The notes below the pieces were generated by a model. That model was not told where the DNA came from. It searched no databases and worked only from the letters and a program-made list of their open reading frames with translations. A DNA stretch of 41,487 bases, taken from NCBI GenBank assembly GCA_018658955.1, contig JABIPM010000040.1, positions 1-41,487 on the forward strand. The letters are read 5' to 3'. A program made the position numbers and the translations under genes. Every line of letters begins with the position of its first letter. Within the stretch, counting starts at the first letter, position 1. The DNA comes from Candidatus Woesearchaeota archaeon. Lineage in GTDB: Archaea > Nanobdellota > Nanobdellia > SCGC-AAA011-G17 > UBA489. Positions 25,211 through 32,677 of the stretch are shown here, piece after piece.

Positions 25211-25393
25211 ATGTCTTTAGAATCAATAAAACAAAATGCTCAAAGCATAATCTCTGCAAATGAAAAATACTCCCAACTAGTTCTAAAACCAAATCACGAT
25301 AAAAAAGAAGCAGAAAAATTAAAAAAATACATCTTAACACTATCTAATGCCATTTCTAAACAGATAGGAGAAGTGAAGAAAGATGTCGATTAG
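25211..25393 (+). CDS. 60-aa helical protein, paralogous to the N-terminus of the next gene
   Basis: SIKQNAQSIISANEKYSQLVLKPNHDKKEAEKLKKYI aligns with SISDNAQEIVSLVSQLEKELVPKKKHEIIEKIEKANQRI of ORF 25383. Overlaps that ORF by 11 nt. Confidence 0.5.
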   Translation: MSLESIKQNAQSIISANEKYSQLVLKPNHDKKEAEKLKKYILTLSNAISKQIGEVKKDVD

Positions 25394-26648
25394 TGATAAT
25401 GCTCAAGAAATAGTTTCTTTAGTTTCTCAATTGGAAAAAGAACTTGTTCCTAAAAAGAAACATGAAATTATTGAAAAAATAGAAAAGGCAAATCAAAGAA
25501 TTCATTCAGAAGCCTCTTCAGAGTCAAGGCCGTTATTATATACTGGAGTAATGGACAAACTTCCAGTTAAAGAAAGAGCACCAGAACCTTCTCCTCCTGA
25601 ACCAGAAACAATTCAAACTAAACCTATTCAGAAAAAAAGAACATCCCCTAAAACTAAAAAGAAGCTAATGGAAGAATTAAAAATTAATCAAGAAGATTTA
25701 GAAAAAGCTTATCCTAAAAGAAAAACTAAGGTTTCACAAAAAAGCGATTTTACTGTATATGTTACTTCTCCGTTTGGAAAAATTTCAAATCAGTTCTTTG
25801 GAAAGTATGTTTCAAGTTTATTTGATAAAAAGAATTCATTCATTAGAAATTTAGCAGATTCAGTAAGAATCTCAGGAATGCCCATATTATCAAGAACTTA
25901 TATTTGTATGATGTATTTTGCTTCACTAGTCGGCGCAATGATTGCATTGTTTCTAGCAATGGTTGTTTCATATCTAGCAGGATTAAATACATCTGCCATG
26001 ATAATATCTATGTTTATTTCTTTAATTGGCGTAGGAATTTTAGTATTTCTTGGAATGTATGCCTACCCTGCATCAGAAGCAGCAGCAAAATCAAGAGCAA
26101 TAGATAATGACTTACCTTTCGCAACAATTCACATGGCTGCAGTAGCAGGTTCAGGCGCACAACCAATAGCAATGTTTAGATTGTTATTAAAATCCGGAGA
26201 ATACAAAGGCCTAGAGAGTGAAATAAAAAAGATTGTAAATTTAGTTAATCTATTTGGCTATGATCTTTCGACAGCATTAAAGAATGTGTCATTAAGAACC
26301 CCCTCTAGAAGACTTAAAGAATTATTAACTGGAATTGCCTCAACGATTGAATCCGGAGGAAGTCTAAAATCTTATCTTAAAAGTGTGGCAAATGAATCAA
26401 TGGCAACCTACAGATTAGAAAGAAAGAAATATGTTGAATCTTTAGCAACATATTCAGATATTTATACTGGAGTTTTAATCGCAGCACCATTATTATTCAT
26501 TGTGGCGCTTACAATTATAAACATGGTTGGAGGACAGATTGGTGGATTAGAGGTATCTACAATAGCATGGGGTGGAACATTAATTGTTTTACCTATTGTA
26601 AATATATTATTTTACCTTTTCCTAAACATCACACAACCTGGAGAATAA
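25383..26648 (+). CDS. Pilus platform membrane protein, T2SSF-domain (FlaJ/TadB/TadC-like), part 1
   Basis: 421 aa. A long cytoplasmic N-terminal region is followed by TM helices. One T2SSF-like cytoplasmic domain is present (..YDLSTALKNVSLRTPSRRLKELLTGIASTIESGGSLKSYLKSVANES..). Confidence 0.75.
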   Translation: MSISDNAQEIVSLVSQLEKELVPKKKHEIIEKIEKANQRIHSEASSESRPLLYTGVMDKLPVKERAPEPSPPEPETIQTKPIQKKRTSPKTKKKLMEELKINQEDLEKAYPKRKTKVSQKSDFTVYVTSPFGKISNQFFGKYVSSLFDKKNSFIRNLADSVRISGMPILSRTYICMMYFASLVGAMIALFLAMVVSYLAGLNTSAMIISMFISLIGVGILVFLGMYAYPASEAAAKSRAIDNDLPFATIHMAAVAGSGAQPIAMFRLLLKSGEYKGLESEIKKIVNLVNLFGYDLSTALKNVSLRTPSRRLKELLTGIASTIESGGSLKSYLKSVANESMATYRLERKKYVESLATYSDIYTGVLIAAPLLFIVALTIINMVGGQIGGLEVSTIAWGGTLIVLPIVNILFYLFLNITQPGE

Positions 26649-26649
26649 A

Positions 26650-27510
26650 ATGTCAAGAGTAAAATTTAAACCAGTATATATGTTGAGCATCTTAGCAGGA
26701 ATTATGATAGTTCTTCTTGCAGTTAAGTTTCAATGGGGTCAAAGATTTTTCTTTCCATTAATCATTTTATCATTAGTTATTTCATCACTTCATTTTTGGA
26801 TCGATTTTTTTACAGAACAGAATAGACAAAAATTAATCGAAGTCATGTTTTTAGAATTTATCAGAAATTTATCAGAATCAATTAAAGCCGGAATTTCTAT
26901 TCCAAGATCTATTCAAAACATAGCAAAAAGAAATTATGGAGAACTAACTCCCTATATCCAAAAATTATCAAATCAAATAGAGTGGGGAATTCCCACAAGA
27001 AAAGCACTTCAAACCTTTGCAGAAGATACAGAGAACAGAGTAATAATAAGGTCCATTGCATTAGTTTCAGAAGCAGAAAAATCTGGAGGAGATATAACAG
27101 ACATATTTTCTTCAGTAGTTGAATCTGTAGTAAGTGTAAAACAAATAAAAGGAGAAAGAAAATCACAAATACATTCTCAAGTAGTTCAAGGATACATAAT
27201 CTATTACGTATTCATTGGAATAATGTTAGTCTTAGACTTATGGTTATTTCCACAACTGACAGGTGTAGAAACATCTTCTTCACTTCAAGCAGGTGCAAGT
27301 GGGATGGGTGGAATGGGCTTAGCTGGAGCAGGTGCAAGCGCATTAGACATGGGTCCAATATTTTTAACATTAATTTTAATTCAAGGATTTTTTGCAGGGA
27401 TAATGATTGGTAAATTCTCAGAAGGAACAATAAAGAATGGATTATTACATTCATTGATAATGATGGTCTCAGCTGCACTACTCATTACAACACTAAAGGG
27501 AGGAATATGA
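26650..27510 (+). CDS. Pilus platform membrane protein, T2SSF-domain, part 2
   Basis: 286 aa. The sequence is ..FIRNLSESIKAGISIPRSIQNIAKRNYGELTPYIQKLSNQIEWGIPTRKALQTFAEDTENRVIIRSIALVSEAEKSGGDITDIF.. plus TM helices. It starts 1 nt after the previous stop. Confidence 0.75.
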   Translation: MSRVKFKPVYMLSILAGIMIVLLAVKFQWGQRFFFPLIILSLVISSLHFWIDFFTEQNRQKLIEVMFLEFIRNLSESIKAGISIPRSIQNIAKRNYGELTPYIQKLSNQIEWGIPTRKALQTFAEDTENRVIIRSIALVSEAEKSGGDITDIFSSVVESVVSVKQIKGERKSQIHSQVVQGYIIYYVFIGIMLVLDLWLFPQLTGVETSSSLQAGASGMGGMGLAGAGASALDMGPIFLTLILIQGFFAGIMIGKFSEGTIKNGLLHSLIMMVSAALLITTLKGGI

Positions 27511-28259
27511 TATCAAACAAAAAAGGAATTGGATATGTAGACTGGATTATTAGTATGGGATTATTCATACTGGTAGTTTCAATGACCTTCATATATCTTA
27601 AACCTGGAGTCACTCCTGAGTTTGAATCCAAAGACCTTATAGAATTAGTTGAATCTAATTTCCTCAAAGAGTATACTTGGTCTTCAATAAGCATTCCAAT
27701 TGCAGTACATAATTTATCAAGTTCAAATATTACAATAACAGGCGGAACAAACAATCAATGGAATATTTCCTCATACTATCTTAATTATTCTTCATTAATA
27801 CTGCATCCTAATTTTACAACAAACAATGTAATTTTAAAGTGCAAATCCCCGGGAGGCAATTGTAACACTCTTTTACATAACGGAATAAATCAAGGAATAT
27901 ATCTAATTTACTTAAAGAAAGACGGTGCAACAATCAACACATTTAATTTAAGTTACACTTGTAATCCTCCTCCATCAACATCCCCAGATTGCAATTTCAC
28001 AGTAGGTTCAAAAGAAATGTTTACTGGGTGGAACAAAGGAGACATAAATTCAATAACAGAACCCTATCAAACAAAGAAAGACGACTGGTCTTTCCCAGAA
28101 TCTAGGGACTTTTCAATTAAGTTCAATGGAGAGGATATACTAGCCCCAAATTATAAACCCTCAGAGCAAACAAATATTTACATAAAAGAATTATTAATTC
28201 AAACATTAGAAGGTGATGGTTTAAGATCATCTGCAAATACAACAATAAGTGTGTGGTAA
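27507..28259 (+). CDS. Large prepilin-like protein (250 aa)
   Basis: MISNKKG|IGYVDWIISMGLFILVVSMTFIYL. Many N-x-S/T sequons. The start overlaps the upstream stop (ATGA). Confidence 0.6.
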   Translation: MISNKKGIGYVDWIISMGLFILVVSMTFIYLKPGVTPEFESKDLIELVESNFLKEYTWSSISIPIAVHNLSSSNITITGGTNNQWNISSYYLNYSSLILHPNFTTNNVILKCKSPGGNCNTLLHNGINQGIYLIYLKKDGATINTFNLSYTCNPPPSTSPDCNFTVGSKEMFTGWNKGDINSITEPYQTKKDDWSFPESRDFSIKFNGEDILAPNYKPSEQTNIYIKELLIQTLEGDGLRSSANTTISVW

Positions 28260-28260
28260 A

Positions 28261-28704
28261 ATGAAAAACAAAAAAGGATTCATAAAAACATTAGAAGCAG
28301 TTTTAGCAATAATAGTTTTACTTTCATTAATATTTACATTAACACCTAAAACAGAAATAGATATTTCAAAACCAAATTCATTACAACAAGCACACAATAT
28401 TATGTTTTCAGAGATTTCTCAAAACATTTCATTTAGAGAGTGTATTCTTGATTTAACAAACAACAAAGAAATCAACAGTGCTCCAGGTTTCAACGATCCC
28501 TCAACAGGCCAATGTCTAACCTCCATCAACACCTTCCTAGAAACATACAGGCCACACGGTTACATTTACTTAGCAGAAGTTTGTGACAAATCTGCATCAT
28601 GTTTAGAAGGAGATTTACCAATAGACAAACAGATATATTCAGAAAGTATCATGTTAGCTTCAGACACTCCAAAAGTATTTAGAATTTACTTCTGGGAACG
28701 ATAG
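28261..28704 (+). CDS. Prepilin-like protein with a bacterial-looking G|F...LE N-terminus
   Basis: The ATG 1 nt after the upstream stop gives MKNKKG|FIKTLEAVLAIIVLLSLIFTL. The track ORF begins at an upstream GTG (28249). Confidence 0.6.
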   Translation: MKNKKGFIKTLEAVLAIIVLLSLIFTLTPKTEIDISKPNSLQQAHNIMFSEISQNISFRECILDLTNNKEINSAPGFNDPSTGQCLTSINTFLETYRPHGYIYLAEVCDKSASCLEGDLPIDKQIYSESIMLASDTPKVFRIYFWER

Positions 28705-28735
28705 AAATATAAACAATATAATTAATTAAACTAAA

Positions 28736-29728
28736 ATGGCAAGGAGGGATTTTATCATCACAGTTACATTAATTCTTGCAGCAGCTATGCTAGCAAATAA
28801 TTTAGATTCAGATTTAACAGGAATGCAAACTACGACGGGTAAAGGGCCAGATGCATTAGAGGGGCATAATGAATGTTTCATAGATACCTCACCCACAGGT
28901 CAAAAGAGTTTTTCTTGTAGGTCAGTTCAAGGACCTGGACAAGATCAATGTAGCTCATATGCAGACTGTGATGCTCAATGGGATTTATGCTGCACTTTAA
29001 CGACCTGTTCACCAGTTCAAGCAGGAACTTGTAAGGGAAGTTCATGCACTGCAAATTCAGATTGTCTAAATATTAAAGATGAAATAATCGTAACTAAAGA
29101 TTGCACAGGCAGAGACACAACAGGAAATAAAGACGCATGTATCTTTATTGGAAAGGGATTAGTTTGCGGAACAAGTTCAGACGAATCAAAGAAGTATTGT
29201 TGTGAATCAGATTCTTCTGGAGGGTGTAGCTGTAGTACAGAAATAAAAAATCCTTGTTCAAAGCAAGAAGACTGTTTGGGTGCAATGTGTTACGCAGAAG
29301 CGGCAGGAGAATCAGCTGCATGTAAAAAAGCAGTATCTTGTGTAATGAAAAATAGAAAAGATAGCGATTTATATCCGGATGATTATTGTGCACTAGCTTC
29401 AGAAGGGGCAGACAATAACAATCAGCCTTTACAATTCAAACCATTTAGGTGTGTTTGTCAAAAAGGGAGTAATCCTAATGGAAATAATAGATATTGCGAT
29501 GCCTGTGAGGGGACAATCACAAATTCCTTAGAAAAAAAAGCAGCAGATCAATGTAAAGAAATAGCTGATCAATTGGCTACAAATCCTAGTTTCTGTAATG
29601 GTTACAGCGCAGACTCATTTTATGCAGGAAACTCAAGTGGAAACTGTGATTCTGTTTGTGGTGAAGGAAAGGGAACAAAAGTATCTGCAAAAGGTTGTGA
29701 GGGTCACGTATTTTGTAAGTGTAATTAA
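28736..29728 (+). CDS. Secreted cysteine-rich protein with a SleB-like cell-wall hydrolase (Hydrolase_2-like) signature
   Basis: 330 aa with 34 Cys. The N-terminus MARRDFIITVTLILAAAMLA is a signal peptide with an RR-x-F motif. CYAEAAGESAACKKAVSCVMKNRKDSDLYPDDYC...QFKPF parallels the SleB-family hallmark Y.EARGE...(G)..AV..V..NR....FP...C...QF. G+C is visibly above background. Confidence 0.6.
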   Translation: MARRDFIITVTLILAAAMLANNLDSDLTGMQTTTGKGPDALEGHNECFIDTSPTGQKSFSCRSVQGPGQDQCSSYADCDAQWDLCCTLTTCSPVQAGTCKGSSCTANSDCLNIKDEIIVTKDCTGRDTTGNKDACIFIGKGLVCGTSSDESKKYCCESDSSGGCSCSTEIKNPCSKQEDCLGAMCYAEAAGESAACKKAVSCVMKNRKDSDLYPDDYCALASEGADNNNQPLQFKPFRCVCQKGSNPNGNNRYCDACEGTITNSLEKKAADQCKEIADQLATNPSFCNGYSADSFYAGNSSGNCDSVCGEGKGTKVSAKGCEGHVFCKCN

Positions 29729-30627
29729 TTCTTTTCAATCACAGCAATAAACAAACCATTTGTATCATAATATTGCGGCCAAATTTTAATATAATTTTTC
29801 AAACCACTTTTAATTTTATATCCATTTAATCTTGCAGGTTTAATTAATTTACAATCAGTATGGTCTTTCAAAAAACTTTCAATTAAATTTTCATCTTCCT
29901 CAGGTTCTAAACTACAAGTAACATAGACAATTCTTCCCTTTTTTTTCAAACAAGAGTAAGCTCGTCTCAATATCTTTTTTTGTAATCTTGCATACTTCTC
30001 AACAACTTTGGGATTCCATTCTTTCAATAATTTTTTAGTTTTAGCAGTTTTACCTTTAATCAATCCACTTCCAGTACAAGGCACATCCAATAAAATCCCA
30101 TCAAACTTTTCACTACAAAGATAATCTTCTCCTTTTTGGGCATCAAATTTAATTTTCTCAACACCACAACGTTCCATATTAATCTTCAAAATATTTCTTC
30201 TAAATCCATTAGGTTCATTAGCTTTCAAATATCCTTTTCCACCCATCAAACAAGCAATATTAAGCGTTTTTCCTCCAGGCGCAGCACACATATCTAAAAA
30301 CTTACTTCTGACCCCATACTTAAAATATTGAGCAGGAATCATACTAGGGGCCCCCATAGAAAAGATCATTCCTTTCTTATGTTGATCACTATTTCCTATG
30401 TCTCTTCGTCCAGTTTCATGTTCAATAAAGAATCCATTATTACACCAAGGAATTTTTTTTAATATCCACCCATCTTTTTCTAAACTTTTCCTAACAGAAT
30501 TAACAGAATAATTTAAAGTATTAATCTTAACACTCTTTCTTGCAAAATTATTTTCCACAGAATTTTTATACTCTTCAAAATTAGTTAACTTTTCGTATTT
30601 TTTCACAAATTTTTCTTTAAATTTCAT
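29725..30627 (-). CDS. NOL1/NOP2/Sun family RNA (cytosine-5) methyltransferase
   Basis: 300 aa. The SAM motif is DMCAAPGGKT. The catalytic motifs are ILLDVPCTGSG and YVTCSLEPEEDE. Confidence 0.85.
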   Translation of the reverse strand: MKFKEKFVKKYEKLTNFEEYKNSVENNFARKSVKINTLNYSVNSVRKSLEKDGWILKKIPWCNNGFFIEHETGRRDIGNSDQHKKGMIFSMGAPSMIPAQYFKYGVRSKFLDMCAAPGGKTLNIACLMGGKGYLKANEPNGFRRNILKINMERCGVEKIKFDAQKGEDYLCSEKFDGILLDVPCTGSGLIKGKTAKTKKLLKEWNPKVVEKYARLQKKILRRAYSCLKKKGRIVYVTCSLEPEEDENLIESFLKDHTDCKLIKPARLNGYKIKSGLKNYIKIWPQYYDTNGLFIAVIEKN

Positions 30628-31631
30628 ATGTAATCTAAAAGGGGAACATGTTCAACACCAATCTTTCCAACATAAAGTTTAGACATGTCTCCACCTTTCT
30701 CCGCGAAGTCTTTAACTTTCAAGAATCCTTTCAAGTATAAATGGTCTTTGGTAAATGCACCAGGTTTTGAGGTATCTCTTAATCCCCTTTTAGCACGTAA
30801 AGTTAATGTCCACGCATCACCCTTAGGAAAATATTCTAGCAATGCATTGTAAACCGCACTAAAACTATTTTTCAAACTCAGTTCATTTGCAAATACTCTT
30901 CCCGCATAGTTTTTTAAAATTCTAGGAGTTAACAAACCAGAACAATATTCATTATATGCTGCCAATCCTTCTTCAGTGTCTAAATAACCAGGAAAACCAA
31001 ACTTAAACATCTTATATTTACAAGCATTAGCATTTTCAGAGCGAGTAATGTGTGTCCCTATTTCATGTACGATTAAACGTTTAACATCGTTTTCAGAAAA
31101 ATCTCTATTTTTATTGATAAATAAAGTTCTATTTTTTACATTAAAAGTAGCTCCTGCAACCATTTCTTTCTCCTTAACGGTCCAATTAAGATTTTTTAAT
31201 GCAAATGTATCCATAAATTTTTTAGTCATTGAAAGTCGAGAATATCTTTTCCAAACATCTTCTTCATCACTTCGTAATATTTTTCTCGCCTCACAAATTA
31301 AATCACTAGAAGGTTTACCATAGGTCTTAATGGAATACTTAGTAAACTCTTTTTTACCAACATGCCTCAACATATTTAACATATTATTTAATTCACTAAT
31401 CTTACTTCTCAATAATTTTCCATAAACCGTATCGTCTGTTCTCAAGGACAACAAATGTTTTTCAACAGAATCATATTTAGAAAGATTCACACAATAATCA
31501 AATTTAGGATTGTAACTATTATTCCCAAACATCTTCTTCATTTCTTCAGAAGTATTAGTTGGTCCAAGAACAGAAATTCTAATCTTGCTATGTATTCTTG
31601 CCAAATCTCTATCCACTTTTTTAAGAAGCAT
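30624..31631 (-). CDS. DUF1704-type gluzincin metalloprotease-like protein (QEGLA-motif family)
   Basis: 335 aa. HEIGTHITRSEN is an HExxH motif. It is followed by GYLDTEEGLAAYNEY, an (Q/E)EGLA motif. The 4-nt overlap with the downstream methyltransferase gene suggests translational coupling. Confidence 0.7.
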   Translation of the reverse strand: MLLKKVDRDLARIHSKIRISVLGPTNTSEEMKKMFGNNSYNPKFDYCVNLSKYDSVEKHLLSLRTDDTVYGKLLRSKISELNNMLNMLRHVGKKEFTKYSIKTYGKPSSDLICEARKILRSDEEDVWKRYSRLSMTKKFMDTFALKNLNWTVKEKEMVAGATFNVKNRTLFINKNRDFSENDVKRLIVHEIGTHITRSENANACKYKMFKFGFPGYLDTEEGLAAYNEYCSGLLTPRILKNYAGRVFANELSLKNSFSAVYNALLEYFPKGDAWTLTLRAKRGLRDTSKPGAFTKDHLYLKGFLKVKDFAEKGGDMSKLYVGKIGVEHVPLLDYI

Positions 31632-31659
31632 ATAGACTCATAAAAAATTTCACTTATAT

Positions 31660-31803
31660 CTATTTCTTTATTGGAGTATCTTCTTCAACAATAATTGCAC
31701 CAGAATATCCACAATTTTTACAGTGATAAATTCCAGTCAATCCTCCAGCATAAAAATCAATAGCTCCAGAACCGCATTTTGGACAGCTTTTTTTACTAAC
31801 CAT
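31660..31803 (-). CDS. Unannotated 47-aa zinc-ribbon small protein
   Basis: The reverse strand reads MVSKKSCPKCGSGAIDFYAGGLTGIYHCKNCGYSGAIIVEEDTPIKK, with CPKC...CKNC. A TATA-like atatttaaaga lies about 25 nt upstream on that strand. The ORF is below the track cutoff. Confidence 0.5.
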   Translation of the reverse strand: MVSKKSCPKCGSGAIDFYAGGLTGIYHCKNCGYSGAIIVEEDTPIKK

Positions 31804-31823
31804 GATATCTTTAAAACAACAAT

Positions 31824-31833
31824 CTTTAAATAT
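31824..31833 (+). promoter_or_regulatory. TATA box for the tRNA-Val/tRNA-Gly pair (A/T box also usable on the opposite strand)
   Basis: ctttaaatat is centred about 30 nt upstream of tRNA-Val position 1. The same A/T block read on the minus strand sits about 25 nt upstream of the zinc-ribbon ORF. Confidence 0.45.
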
Positions 31834-31858
31834 GCTTTGAAAGTAGAATAAGACACAG

Positions 31859-31931
31859 GAGCCAGTGGTCTAGTGGCTATGACAGCGCCCTTACAAGGCG
31901 TTAATCGGAGGTTCGAGTCCTCCCTGGCTCA
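31859..31931 (+). tRNA. tRNA-Val (anticodon UAC)
   Basis: Acceptor GAGCCAG/CTGGCTC, anticodon stem GCGCC/GGCGT with loop CTTACAA, T arm GGAGG-TTCGAGT-CCTCC, discriminator A. Confidence 0.9.
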
Positions 31932-31938
31932 TTTTTAC

Positions 31939-32010
31939 GCGGTGGTAGTATAGTGGTTAGTATTCAACGTTGCCAACGTTGGGACTCGGGTTCGAACCCC
32001 GGCCGCCGCA
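31939..32010 (+). tRNA. tRNA-Gly (anticodon GCC)
   Basis: Acceptor GCGGTGG/CCGCCGC (one G-U pair), anticodon stem CAACG/CGTTG with loop TTGCCAA, T arm TCGGG-TTCGAAC-CCCGG, discriminator A. It lies 7 nt after tRNA-Val and is probably co-transcribed. Confidence 0.9.
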
Positions 32011-32015
32011 TAGGT

Positions 32016-32600
32016 TTATTTATACTGGGGATTGTGCCAACTCATAATACTAATTTCATTAAGTATATTAGAAATTCCCGAATTAATGAATTCGTTATTC
32101 TCAAAAAATTTTGTAGGTCCAGGTCCATTGGCCAAAAGTTCAATAAGCTCAGAATCTTTTCCTTTCAAATAGTCAATCATTTCCGTACCGAATCCTTTTC
32201 CCATGAATTTTTCATTACAATCAATTATTCCTAAATGGAGTATGTTTCCTTTACCAGTATAGTCTCTAAATCCTTCATATTTTTTAAGATCTGGAATCAA
32301 CACAGACGTGCCTTCAAGGTCAAATAATTTTCCAGGATTATTTAATCCATCAATCAAGGAATTCCATCCAACATCCTTGGAAGGATTGCCTAAGTAACAA
32401 GAAGCATAAATTAAAGGCTCATCATTTTCACAACCTACAACAAATAAATCTTGATTAAGAAATGGAGATCTATCGTCTGGATTGTTCCATCTCAAGTAAG
32501 TATAATTTTTATAATTGTTTTCAATCTCTTTAACTAACTCATTTTCATTGTCAGTAATATCATAAAATTTCATCTTAGAAAAACCTATAGTCTCCAGCAT
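32016..32600 (-). CDS. GNAT-family acetyltransferase-like protein
   Basis: 194 aa. ..LHLGIIDCNEKFMGKGFGTEMIDYLK.. resembles GNAT motif A (Q/R-x-x-G-x-G/A). ..NGPGPTKFFENNEF.. resembles the C-terminal FYEK-GF element. Confidence 0.55.
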   Translation of the reverse strand: MLETIGFSKMKFYDITDNENELVKEIENNYKNYTYLRWNNPDDRSPFLNQDLFVVGCENDEPLIYASCYLGNPSKDVGWNSLIDGLNNPGKLFDLEGTSVLIPDLKKYEGFRDYTGKGNILHLGIIDCNEKFMGKGFGTEMIDYLKGKDSELIELLANGPGPTKFFENNEFINSGISNILNEISIMSWHNPQYK

Positions 32601-32677
32601 ATAAGTCTTACTCTTTCCAAAAATCCTTTAAAAACCGCCAAAAACACTTAAATTCTAACAAATATTCAAATTTGTAC

